Notes: a model not told the origin generated them from the sequence alone. Shown: positions 22,847 through 32,800, numbered from the stretch's first letter. The stretch: DNA of 64,000 nt from a virus (IMGVR_UViG_3300010965_000005:26583-90582); one strand, 5' to 3'. Program-made: numbers and translations.

Positions 22847-23187
22847 GTTACTTTGACCCAACAACGAATCGTGTCCCATACGGATTGCTGACAGAAGAGG
22901 AACGGGCATCCCTGATGGCGTGGCCGCACGGGTGGGAAGTTTATAACTCTGAGGGCTGGAAAACAACCTTCCTTCCAGAATGGATCGGTCGGCTCGCATA
23001 CCGTGGCAAGCCCGCCCCTGTGACGGTTTCACATTGGGCGGCGATCTATCCAACTGGGCCGACAGGATTCTGGCGTGATGACATTTACCGCTTCAAGGGC
23101 GCATATTCTGGCGATGCCCTTGGTATCATCCAGTTGGACATCAAGGATGGCGTCCCAAGTGTCAGAATCGTTGAGGTGCCAAGATGA
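22843..23187 (+). CDS. Hypothetical protein, paralog B
   Basis: GTGA overlap; FDPTTNRxPxGLLTxEE...AWPHGWE...AYRGKPAPV shared with the previous gene. Confidence 0.65.
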   Translation: MSYFDPTTNRVPYGLLTEEERASLMAWPHGWEVYNSEGWKTTFLPEWIGRLAYRGKPAPVTVSHWAAIYPTGPTGFWRDDIYRFKGAYSGDALGIIQLDIKDGVPSVRIVEVPR

Positions 23188-23381
23188 TCTGCCGCAAGTG
23201 CAAGACTGACATGGTTCTGGGCATCGCCACTGCCCAAACCTACGTCGGGGGGATGCCAGATTTCCCCAACGATACACGCGCCAGCACGTTCTCTGCTGGG
23301 GGGCCGGGGAAGGTTATCCCATGCCACAAATGCCCAAGCTGCGGCCACAGCGTGACCCAGACCCTGAAAGACGCGGCCTAG
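23184..23381 (+). CDS. Small zinc-ribbon-like protein
   Basis: CRKC ... CHKCPSCG; ATGA overlap. Confidence 0.55.
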   Translation: MICRKCKTDMVLGIATAQTYVGGMPDFPNDTRASTFSAGGPGKVIPCHKCPSCGHSVTQTLKDAA

Positions 23382-23517
23382 GCCTGATTGATATGTTGAC
23401 CCCACAGCCATAATATGAGATATTCGCGCACGGCGTCTCGCTGATGCCGTGGCGACCTGATGACGATATTGCCGTTGTGGCGTGTCGGGGACCGTCAGGG
23501 ATATTTTTTAGGAGTTA

Positions 23518-23781
23518 ATGATGATCTGGAACCCGTGGAAAGAAATCAAGCGGCTGCGTGAAGAGGCGGTCAAACTTAACCGCGACAAGGACCACCTGTC
23601 GGAAGTGACCCAAGGAATGGGTTTTGAGATCGTACGGCACGTAGATGAAATCCACCGCCTGCTGGATCGCGCCGACAAGCTGAACATTGCCCTGCAACGT
23701 ATCATTGACGAGGAAAAGCCCACCAGCACTGCCACAGTAAAGCGCATGGCTGCCATCGCACGGGAAGGGCTGAAGCAATGA
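23518..23781 (+). CDS. Coiled-coil hypothetical protein
   Basis: Strong SD AGGAG; ATGA overlap with dcd. Confidence 0.6.
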   Translation: MMIWNPWKEIKRLREEAVKLNRDKDHLSEVTQGMGFEIVRHVDEIHRLLDRADKLNIALQRIIDEEKPTSTATVKRMAAIAREGLKQ

Positions 23782-24272
23782 TCATCAACGGCAGACACCT
23801 GCTTGAGGTAGCGCCCATCAAGGGCATGATCAACGACAAGATGCGCCAGCATGGCGTCTCTTTCGGCCTGTCCGAGGCTGGTTACGACATCCGCATCAAG
23901 CAGGATGTTGTGTTCTACAAGCCAGATAAAGACTACCTGTCAGGGGTGATTGTAGACGGTAAATTTTCACAAGGCGACTTCACCCTTGCCAGCGCCATAG
24001 AAGAGTTCCAGATGCCGCCAAATCTGGTGGGCGTGGTGCATGACAAAAGCACATGGGCGCGTCAGGGGTTGTCGGTGTTCAACACCGTGATCGAAAGTGG
24101 ATTTTGCGGTGGACTTACCCTTGAACTTGTATATCATGGTCGGGAAGGTCTACACATCCCTGCTGGAGCGGGGATAGCTCAAGTGATCTTTCACCAGACA
24201 TCAGAACGGGCATCTTACAATGGAAAATATCAAGGACAATCAACTGATCCCACCCCAGCCATCTTTGATTGA
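23778..24272 (+). CDS. dcd: dCTP deaminase (dUTPase-like fold)
   Basis: SFGLSEAGYDIRI, HDKSTWARQGL, TVIESGFCGGLTLEL, IAQVIF and YNGKYQ motifs. Confidence 0.88.
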   Translation: MIINGRHLLEVAPIKGMINDKMRQHGVSFGLSEAGYDIRIKQDVVFYKPDKDYLSGVIVDGKFSQGDFTLASAIEEFQMPPNLVGVVHDKSTWARQGLSVFNTVIESGFCGGLTLELVYHGREGLHIPAGAGIAQVIFHQTSERASYNGKYQGQSTDPTPAIFD

Positions 24273-24984
24273 AAATGAAAAGCGGGTGTACGCACAGTAC
24301 ACCTGCGCCAACTGCGGGGTTAATTCCCCAGAATGCGGGTTCTATAAAAACCCAAAACTTATTCGTGGGCATATCCCTTGGTGTGTATCCTGCCATTTAA
24401 AGCGCACCGTAGGTCGCCGCAAAGCAAAACGCGAGGGCATAGGCAAGCCAGATGGAAGAAAGTGCAGGCCGCGCATGAGTGAAGAGGATAAAGCAAAAAG
24501 TGGCAGGGAAAGGTCAAAAAAGCACTATTACAAAAACCTTGAAAAAAGCCGAGAATATTCTCGTGATTACGCAAGAAAAAATACAGACCCAGAGAAGAAA
24601 CGCAGGTCTATGTTGAAAGCCAAGTATGGCATGACTCCAGAAGGATGGCAGGCTATGTTTGAGGCGCAAGGGTGCAAGTGCGCAATTTGTGAATCCAAGG
24701 ACGCTGGCGCAAAGGCGGGCTGGAATACTGATCATTGTCACAAAAGTGGGCGCGTCAGGTTTATCTTGTGCGCCCACTGCAACAGGGGACTTGGATCGTT
24801 CAAGGACAACCCAGATGTAATGAGGAAAGCTGCGAAAATGATTGAAGAATTATCCGACCAGCCAGCGGGCGCTGGCATAGCACAGGTTATCTTTCACCAG
24901 ACATCCGCCAACGCATACTATGACGGCAAGTATCAAAATCAGGCTGATATGCCCGTCTCGGCGGTGTTTGAAGATGCCAAGTAA
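24220..24984 (+). mobile_element. Free-standing endonuclease VII-type (HNH) homing endonuclease, fused to a second copy of the dcd C-terminus
   Basis: YGMTPEGWQAMFEAQGCKCAIC...NTDHCHKSGRVRFILCAHCNRGLG is the endo VII signature. N-terminal CANC/CVSC zinc motif. AT-richer than flanks. Ends in PAGAGIAQVIFHQTS...YDGKYQ. Confidence 0.82.
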
Positions 24985-25225
24985 ATCTATGACCGCCGAG
25001 GCAAGGCAGCGTTTGGGTGAATTGCAAGACGATGTTAGGGCGCTGCTCGCGCGGCACCTCAACGTCAAGGCTCAGATCAACAATCAGGAGCGTGAAATTT
25101 CCTACGCCGCCAAGGCATCGGATAAATGGAAAATCCACAAGGAAATCCGAATCCTATACTGCATGGCGCGCATTCTCGTGCGCCGCATCAGCGGACTGAG
25201 GGCTGCCCGTGGCAACCAGCAGTAG
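24974..25225 (+). CDS. Hypothetical protein
   Basis: Likely start MPSKSMTAEARQRL, overlapping the endonuclease stop. Confidence 0.5.
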   Translation: MPSKSMTAEARQRLGELQDDVRALLARHLNVKAQINNQEREISYAAKASDKWKIHKEIRILYCMARILVRRISGLRAARGNQQ

Positions 25226-25466
25226 GGACATGAGGGCCAAGGCGGTGTCGTTACTGGGCCGCGTCGGGTACGACATTGACGACATCAACCGCGAAACCAA
25301 CAGCCTGTCGCAGGTGATAGACACGCTGGTTGCCGCAAAAGAGGACGCGCAATGGGCGGGTGACACAGATCGGGTCAATCGCATCAAATATCAGTTGATG
25401 TTGCGATGCACCATGCGGGAAGTTCTGAAGAAACGGCGCAATACTATCTTGAGGGAAAAGAAATGA
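25209..25466 (+). CDS. Hypothetical protein
   Basis: Packs between neighbours; ATGA overlap downstream. Confidence 0.5.
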   Translation: MATSSRDMRAKAVSLLGRVGYDIDDINRETNSLSQVIDTLVAAKEDAQWAGDTDRVNRIKYQLMLRCTMREVLKKRRNTILREKK

Positions 25467-25798
25467 TCGAAAACATCGCAATCATATGCCACGAGGCCAA
25501 CAAAGTGTGGTGTCACCTAAATGGCGATTCATTCCCGTTGCACTGGGGTCAGGCTCCCCAGTGGCAAGTTGACAGCGCCATCAACGGCGTTCAACACGCG
25601 CTGAAATACCCAGACGCTACGCCAGAAGATATGCACAGCAATTGGATGGCAGACAAGATCGCGGACGGATGGGTGTATGGCGAGGTCAAGGACGCCGTGG
25701 CAAAGACCCACCCCTGCATGGTCCCGTATGCAGATTTGCCAGAGTTTCAGCGCAAGAAGGACGCGCTGTTCTTGGCTATCGTGAGAGCATTGGCATGA
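25463..25798 (+). CDS. RyR (ryanodine receptor repeat) domain protein
   Basis: HEAN...HSNWMADKIADGWVYGEVKDAVAKTHPCMVPYADLPEFQRKKD is the RyR-domain pattern. Confidence 0.75.
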   Translation: MIENIAIICHEANKVWCHLNGDSFPLHWGQAPQWQVDSAINGVQHALKYPDATPEDMHSNWMADKIADGWVYGEVKDAVAKTHPCMVPYADLPEFQRKKDALFLAIVRALA

Positions 25799-26184
25799 CC
25801 CAGCCAGACCTAAAGCCATGCCCGTTCTGCGGGGGCGACAAGAACACGATCTGCAAGACAGATTACGATGGCAGGGATTCCTATGCTGTGTCCTGCCGAT
25901 ACCCTGAATGTCACGGGGCAATCTTTACACTGGGCTATGGCTACTTTCCCACTATGGATCAGGCTATCGCCGCATGGAACACCCGCGCTGTTGACCCCGC
26001 CACCATCCGTGAGGATGCGCTGCGTGAGGCTGCTGCTGTGGCCGAGGCGCTGTCATCTGAGTGGTGGGCTGAATACAAAAACATTCACTCCCCGCACCGC
26101 GCTGATCCTCAGTATCAAGGGATGTCAGACGGTGCTGGCGATGTCGCTGCCGCCATCCTTACCCTGATCGGAGAGAAGAAATGA
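25795..26184 (+). CDS. Lar-family (restriction alleviation-like) zinc protein with C-terminal extension
   Basis: LKPCPFCGG ... CRYPEC ... AIAAWNTRA. Confidence 0.6.
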   Translation: MTQPDLKPCPFCGGDKNTICKTDYDGRDSYAVSCRYPECHGAIFTLGYGYFPTMDQAIAAWNTRAVDPATIREDALREAAAVAEALSSEWWAEYKNIHSPHRADPQYQGMSDGAGDVAAAILTLIGEKK

Positions 26185-26501
26185 CTAGCAGTGAAGCTGC
26201 GCTTAACGATGAAGAACTGATTAAAACCCTGCAATACTTAGGACGTGTCACAAAAGATTACGACCAAGAACAGATGGTCGGTGCAGACTATGAAATGATC
26301 CCTACAATCACAAAGCAAGCCGCCGACCGCATTGAGGCGTTGGTGAAAGAGCGGGATGACGCAGAATGGAACACCCGTGCTGTTGACCCTGCTACCATCC
26401 GTGAAGCTGCGCTGCGTGAGGCGTATAAGCTAATGCAGGGTTGGACTTATTGCGCTGATGCGGAAGAAGAAATCCTCGACCTGATCGGAGAGAAGAAATG
26501 A
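26181..26501 (+). CDS. Hypothetical mosaic protein
   Basis: Shares WNTRAVDPATIRE.ALREA and LIGEKK with the previous gene. Confidence 0.6.
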   Translation: MTSSEAALNDEELIKTLQYLGRVTKDYDQEQMVGADYEMIPTITKQAADRIEALVKERDDAEWNTRAVDPATIREAALREAYKLMQGWTYCADAEEEILDLIGEKK

Positions 26502-26980
26502 CCGATGAAGAACTGATCCAGCAATATCGTGACCAACAAGCGGCCCTCAACGGCGGGTGCAGTGATGGATATTGCGTCATTGCAAAGACCGTGGGGGTGC
26601 ATACGAATGGCGGATGTTCCTGCATGAGCAACCTTGATTTCTTGGGGAGGCAGCGCGTTGGTGTGATGCTTAAAGCGGCGCAAGTCATGGCAGACCGCAT
26701 TGAGCAGTTGGTGAGGGATCGAAAGTTTATCTTAGACGAGCGTGACCGCACATTTGCCTTGATGCTGGCCCGCACAGAAACAGCAGAGGCCAAGCTGGCT
26801 AAGGCTATTGATGCTTTGCGGTTAGTGACAGACGCCTGTGATGAAGGCAAAATGGTTTCACTGGGTGCTGGTGGTATGACAATTGACGCTCAAATCCGTC
26901 ACTCCGTGTATAATAAAGTTCCTGCTTGGCCCATCGAAGAAGCCCGATCCGTTCTTGCCGAACTGGAGGGGAAAGAGTGA
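26498..26980 (+). CDS. Hypothetical protein with Cys-rich N-terminus and coiled coil
   Basis: GGCSDGYC...NGGCSC; ATGA overlap. Confidence 0.6.
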   Translation: MTDEELIQQYRDQQAALNGGCSDGYCVIAKTVGVHTNGGCSCMSNLDFLGRQRVGVMLKAAQVMADRIEQLVRDRKFILDERDRTFALMLARTETAEAKLAKAIDALRLVTDACDEGKMVSLGAGGMTIDAQIRHSVYNKVPAWPIEEARSVLAELEGKE

Positions 26981-27195
26981 CGTTACCTTACATCTTGATG
27001 TTAATCGCCGCTTTGGGGATCGGGATATGTCTTGGTATTATCCATGAGTGGAGGGGCGATGAAATCAAAAGCCTTAAAGCCAAACTGGATAAGGCCGAAA
27101 TCGCCGTTCTGGATATGATGCGGCAGTGGGTTTTGCGTGATCTTACATACGAAGATTTTCGCAAAGTTTTGCTTGAACTGGAGAAAACCGAATGA
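26977..27195 (+). CDS. Small membrane-anchored protein
   Basis: GTGA overlap; N-terminal hydrophobic helix. Confidence 0.5.
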   Translation: MTLPYILMLIAALGIGICLGIIHEWRGDEIKSLKAKLDKAEIAVLDMMRQWVLRDLTYEDFRKVLLELEKTE

Positions 27196-27443
27196 AAAAA
27201 CTATTATTGATCGCCGTGTTGGCGCTGTCTGGTTGCCTTGAAGAAGAACACAGACGAGAGCTGGAAACCATCAACCGTCAATTGCCCGATGGCTGTGTTG
27301 CCGCTGATGTCGGCTCGTATGGCAACATCAACTATGTCCTTGTCGTGGTTTGTGAGGGCCGCGATACCACCTCCACCAACACTTCTTGGGTGAGCGGCAA
27401 GAAGAGAAAAGCCGCCGTCACCCTCCAGATCGAGGGCAATTAG
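27192..27443 (+). CDS. Predicted lipoprotein
   Basis: MKKLLLIAVLALSG/C signal peptide II with lipobox LSGC. Confidence 0.65.
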   Translation: MKKLLLIAVLALSGCLEEEHRRELETINRQLPDGCVAADVGSYGNINYVLVVVCEGRDTTSTNTSWVSGKKRKAAVTLQIEGN

Positions 27444-27451
27444 GCTTCTCG

Positions 27452-27480
27452 TTGATATTCGTGGCTGCGTCTGATAACGT
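27452..27480 (+). promoter_or_regulatory. Sigma70-like promoter upstream of portal
   Basis: TTGATA-N17-TAACGT. Confidence 0.5.
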
Positions 27481-27510
27481 GGGCGCAGCCATTATATCCG
27501 AGGGACGCCG

Positions 27511-29805
27511 ATGTCAGGACTGAACCCCAATATTCGATTGCATGAAGACGAGGCCGACGCGGCCATCGGCCCTATGGACGTGACCGTTGAGCATGACGAC
27601 GCCGAGCCGGAAGACATTCCCGAAATCTCCCAAGACGGCGCGATCCTCAAGATTGAACATGGTGACGGCTCGATCACCCTGTCCCTTGATGGCAAGCCGA
27701 TCCAAGACCCCGACAACGAAAAGCGCCCCCCGATGGGGTGGTTTGACAATCTGGTTGATGAAATTGACGACACCGAACTCCAAAACATTGCCGATGACCT
27801 AATCCGTGGCGTTGAGGATGACCTCGAAAGCCGCAGCGAGTGGATCGAGGACCGCGCGCAGGGCATCAAGCTGCTGGGCCTCAAAATTGAAATCCCCGGC
27901 CTCAACGGCGCGTCAGATGGCGCACCCATCGAGGGCATGTCCAAGGTCCGCCACCCTCTGCTGCAAGAGGCTGTCCTGCGGTTCCAAGCGAATGCGCGTT
28001 CAGAATTGCTGCCCACCGATGGCCCTGTCAAAATCCGCGATGACGCCAACGGCAGCACCGTCCAGCGTGACGAGATCGCCAACGCCCTCGAAAAGGACAT
28101 GAACCACTACCTGACCAGCACGGCGCGCGAATACTACCCCGACACAGATCGGATGCTGCTGATGCTGGGCTTCGGCGGCACGTCGTTCAAGAAAATTTAC
28201 TTCTGCCCGCTGCGGAACCGCCCCGTCAGCGAGAGCGTTGACGCGGACAATCTGATCGTCAACAGCGCCGCCACCGATCTGTCCAACGCCAAGCGCGTGA
28301 CGCACCGCGTCTATATGCGCCCCAGCACCGTCAAGCGGCTCCAGATCATCGGCGTCTACAGTGACACCGACCTGTCCACGCCCAATGAGGTCACCCCCGA
28401 TGCCGCGCAGGACGCCAAGAGCGCGCAGCAGGGCATCACCGCCACATCGTCAAACCCTGATGACCGCGACCGCGAGATTTACGAGGTTTACTGCGAACTG
28501 GACATCAGCGGCTTTGAACACAAATACAAAAAGAAAAAGAGCGGCCTCGAAATCCCATACCGCGTGACCATCGACGTGTCGTCGCGCAAAATCCTGTCGA
28601 TCACCCGCAACTTTGATCAGGACACCGCCGATCTGCCCGAAGCCCGCACGAACTTCGTCAAATATACGTTTGTCCCAGGCCTAGGCTTCTACGACATCGG
28701 CCTGCTGCACATCCTCGGCAACACCACCAACGCGATCACCGCCGCGTGGCGCGAACTTCTGGACGCTGGTATGTATGCCAACTTCCCTGGGTTCTTGGTC
28801 AGCGACACGGGGTCGCGCCAAAACACCAACATCTTCCGCATTCCCCCAGGCGGATCGGCCCAGATCAAGACGGGCGGGCAGCCAATCAATCAGGCTGTCA
28901 TGCCGCTGCCCTACAAGGAGCCGTCGCAGGCACTGATGGCGCTGGTGGAGAACATGTCCCAGACTGGTATGCGTGTCGGCGGGACATCTGAGGCCCAAGT
29001 GGGTGAGGGACGCTCCGACGCGCCCGTCGGCACCACGCTGGCGATGATCGAGCAGGCCACCAAGATTATGAATGCCGTCCACAAGCGGATGCACAGCGCG
29101 CAGGCCGAGGAATTCTCGCTGCTGCTGAAATGCTTCCGCGAGCATCCCGAAAGTTTCTGGCAGCGGAACCGCAGGCCCACCATCGCGTGGAATGAGGAAC
29201 TGTTTATGCAGGCCCTGAATGACGTTGAACTGGTCCCGCAGGCCGACCCGAACACGTCCAGCCACGCGCAGCGCGTGATGAAGATCATGGCGCTGAAGCA
29301 GTTGCAGGCCGCTAACCCGTCCGCATTTGACGGTGATGCCGTTGATAAGGCGGCGTTGCGCGCCATTGGCTGGTCAAACCCCGAACAGTTCCTGAAATCG
29401 GCGCAGGATCGGCAGCCACCACCTGAATTGCTGAAGGGCCTTGAGGACGTCAAGATTGCCCACCAGAAGGCCGATGCAGACACTCTGCGCGCTCAGGCTG
29501 ACATGGTGCGGGCGCAGGCATCACAGGGCGCTCAGGCCCCCGCGCAGGCTGCGGTTGACCCATCCAAGATGGCGGCGGAGCAAAACAAGGCCCGCCAGAT
29601 GGAATTTGCCATGAAGCGTGACCAGATTAACGACCAGAACCGCGACCTCGACCGCGAGAAGGATTTGCGGGTTGAGCAAATGCGGATGGATCGTGACCAG
29701 ATGAATGATGCGGTTCGGATGCAGCACGAGCGCGACATGCAGGAACGTGATCATGCCGCTGATGCGGTCAAACTGGCAATGCAACTCCGCAAACAGGGGC
29801 AGTAA
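27511..29805 (+). CDS. Portal protein (P22-like, long C-terminal coiled coil)
   Basis: HPLLQEAVLRFQA, LGFGGTSFKKIYF, FYDIGLLHILG, GTTLAMIEQATK motifs typical of this portal family; 764 aa; first gene of the head module. Confidence 0.87.
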   Translation: MSGLNPNIRLHEDEADAAIGPMDVTVEHDDAEPEDIPEISQDGAILKIEHGDGSITLSLDGKPIQDPDNEKRPPMGWFDNLVDEIDDTELQNIADDLIRGVEDDLESRSEWIEDRAQGIKLLGLKIEIPGLNGASDGAPIEGMSKVRHPLLQEAVLRFQANARSELLPTDGPVKIRDDANGSTVQRDEIANALEKDMNHYLTSTAREYYPDTDRMLLMLGFGGTSFKKIYFCPLRNRPVSESVDADNLIVNSAATDLSNAKRVTHRVYMRPSTVKRLQIIGVYSDTDLSTPNEVTPDAAQDAKSAQQGITATSSNPDDRDREIYEVYCELDISGFEHKYKKKKSGLEIPYRVTIDVSSRKILSITRNFDQDTADLPEARTNFVKYTFVPGLGFYDIGLLHILGNTTNAITAAWRELLDAGMYANFPGFLVSDTGSRQNTNIFRIPPGGSAQIKTGGQPINQAVMPLPYKEPSQALMALVENMSQTGMRVGGTSEAQVGEGRSDAPVGTTLAMIEQATKIMNAVHKRMHSAQAEEFSLLLKCFREHPESFWQRNRRPTIAWNEELFMQALNDVELVPQADPNTSSHAQRVMKIMALKQLQAANPSAFDGDAVDKAALRAIGWSNPEQFLKSAQDRQPPPELLKGLEDVKIAHQKADADTLRAQADMVRAQASQGAQAPAQAAVDPSKMAAEQNKARQMEFAMKRDQINDQNRDLDREKDLRVEQMRMDRDQMNDAVRMQHERDMQERDHAADAVKLAMQLRKQGQ

Positions 29806-32800
29806 ATGGACAGAGACAAGGCAATCCGCGCGGCGAAGCTGACACTCGGTGGTATGCTTGAAAAGAACCGCCACACCACGGCGGTATCCCGCGCCGACGG
29901 CCAGATCGCCCCGTCCAAATACCTGCCCAACGTTCCCCGCGCCGTCCATGGTGATGGGGGTAAGGTGGAAGATGCCATCAACGCCCTGCCGCATGTTGGA
30001 CAGAACCGCAACGGTGTTCCGCCTGAAGAAGCTGTGGCTTCGCCGCTGCCCCGCATGGAATATCCGTACATGTCCATGACCCCAGCAAAATCGGTCTACG
30101 CCGACCCGTTGCGAGTGGCGATCAACAAGGCACACGCAGGGGCTAAGGTCGAAGACGTGCCGATGGACAAGATCGTCACAGATGTTGGCGCAATCGGGAA
30201 ATCGAAGATCAGGAACCCCGCAGAAGGCGTTCCGTTCGTGGAGCGCATCAACGGCATTCACCACTTGCGAGACGGAAACCACCGTGCAGCCGCAGCATTT
30301 CTACGTGGCGACAAGTCCATCAAGGCGCTGCTCGCAGATATGGATGAAGCTATCAAGGCAAACGGTCGTTCCGCAACTGAACGCGCTGATGGCGGTGAGG
30401 TTGACGGCATCACCGCCTACCACGCTTCCCCAGAAAACATTGTCGGTCAGTTTCGTCCCAGCGCCCGCGATGTTGGCATTCACTTTGCAGCAAACCCAGC
30501 CTTGGCACACAACGCAGCCGTCAAATCTCTGATGGGTCGCCCAGACATGGCGGAAAGGGTTTCGCCAAAGGCGTTCAAGATCAATGCGCGCCCAGAGCAG
30601 ATCGTTGACATCCCTGCCGCATCAAACAGATTTGATTTCTATGAAATTCTTGAGCATCTTCACGGGGCTGGCAAGATTGATTCTGATACGTTCAACAAGA
30701 CCTATGACGGCCTTCAGGACATTGAAGATAGGATCAGCCACCCTGACGAGACGATGAAGGCCCAGAACGTTCTCTTTTCCAATGCTCTGTCCAAGTCAAA
30801 CATCAAAGCCCTGCGCTACATGAACAAGTTTGACGCTGGCCCGACATGGAAAGACATGGAAGAGGGGCGGATGACCAGTTCCGTCACTCCAGATCACTCT
30901 TACATTGTCACAGACCCATCCGCCATTCAGCAACAAGCAATCACCAAGGCAGATGGTGGCGCAGCAAATGCACCCATGTTTCAGGGTGTCCACGAGAGCC
31001 TGCAAAACGAAAGCGGCGCACCGCTTGACCTGTATCATGGGACAACGCAGTCCAAAGAGTTTGAAGCGTTTGACAACGCCAAACTTGGCGCGCGGGATGC
31101 TGGCTTCTATGGCCGAGGTCATTACCTGACGCCACTCAGGGGCAACGCTGAAGGTTACGCTGACCCAGACGAAATGGGGAGGGGCGCTGTTATCGGCCCG
31201 CTCCACGCTGCCTTGAAAAACCCCTACGTTTGGGACGTTTCGAGTGAAACCAAATCGCACAGCACCCTGCGTGATTTGCAGTCTATGGGAATCATGCGTG
31301 AGAAAAACGAATTGAACCCGTGGGACAATCTCCAGTCACACCATATCCAGCCGTTTATGGCTGAAATGCAAAGACGCGGCCACGATGGCGTTGTCGTCAA
31401 GACTGACCACGGGCATCTCCCCAATGGCATCTCTGAGGTCGTGGCATTTGATCCCAAGACCATCAAGCACACCGAGGCCGAGGCGTTTGACCCCACAGAC
31501 CCCCGCATCCGCCGCGAGGATGGTGGCGAAGTCGACGAGGACGGCATCACAGCCTACCACGGCAGCCCACACAGCTTTGACAAGTTTGATATGAGTAAGG
31601 TCGGCACTGGCGTTGGTGCGCCGTCTGCTTTCAGCGAAGGGCTATATTTTTCAGAAAATGAGAAGAATGCAGAACATTTCAAGGCGTTAGGTGCGAGTCC
31701 CATTATTGGAGGTAAAAAGGGGCGATCCGCTGGCTTGTCGGATGATGCTTATGAATCTGTATGGAAATTTGCACACGATCAAGGCAAAAGCGGAACACTT
31801 GCTGACGTTGCTAGTGATGCAGAATCTGATCTTCTTGCCCGCTCCAAGGAACTTCCGTTTTCCGCAAGGCGCGATTACCAGAACGTCATTGACGAACTAA
31901 GGTCGCGTGGCAGTGAAGATGTAAAACTTGGCGCGAATATGTATAAGGTGAAAATAAATGCTCATCCGTCAACTTTTGCCGATTGGGATACCCCTATTTC
32001 GCAACAAAGCGAAATTGTAAAAAATGCTTTTTTGGATTTCCCTCAACATAATACCTTTAGGGAGTTGTATGATAGCGGAAAAATCCGCGAAAAAGACCTT
32101 CTTAATAGAGGAGTTTCTGGCGCTAGATTTAAGGCCAACGACGGAACCAATAATTACGTTGTCTACGATGATAAGTTGGTCAGCATCTTAAACAAATACG
32201 AATACGGCGGCACCGTCACCAGAGCCACGGGTGGGCCAGTCATGGGCTACGTTCCGGCTGCGCCGATCCAGATCAGGCAGTTGGCGGTGGCCCCGATTGT
32301 CCCCCGCCAGCAGCAGCGGCCTGCGGGGGGTTTCAGCCAATCCCTCGGCTCCCTGATGGACACGGTCAACGAGTTAAAGAACAAGCCCGAAGAACCCACG
32401 CCAAGCGCGTCCAGCGAGGGCCACACGCCGTCTGGCATGATTCCCCTACCTGAGCAGGGGTATCAGCCAAGTGGCATGTATGCCCCATTCCAGAGCGCCA
32501 TTGACAGGATGATTGCGGAGGCCCCAGGCAAAATATCCGTGGCGTCTGGCTATCGGACACCAGAGCGGCAGCAAGAACTTTGGGAGGCCGCAGCAGCAAA
32601 GTATCCAGACCCTGAAGTAAGGGACAATTGGGTCGCCCGCCCTGGGACTTCATCCCACAATTACGGTTTGGCTGCTGACTTGTCCTACGCCGACGACGAG
32701 GCCCTGAAGTGGGCGCAGGAAAATGCCGCAAGATACGGCCTAAATTTCCGCATGGACAACGAGGATTGGCACATCGAGCCAGCAAACGTCTTTGACATAC

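Noticed and set aside
23455-23510. Hammerhead ribozyme suggested by CTGATGA
   Set aside because: No downstream GAAA core element in the required position, and the CTGATG is itself base-paired in the predicted stem.
24159-24984. Group I intron splitting dcd
   Set aside because: dcd is already complete before the endonuclease, there is no non-coding space for a ribozyme core, and no P7-type motifs were recognised.
25975-26502. CRISPR array or DGR template/variable repeat pair
   Set aside because: Repeats are coding, only two copies each and irregularly spaced. Mismatches are mostly synonymous and not adenine-specific, and no cas or reverse transcriptase gene is present.
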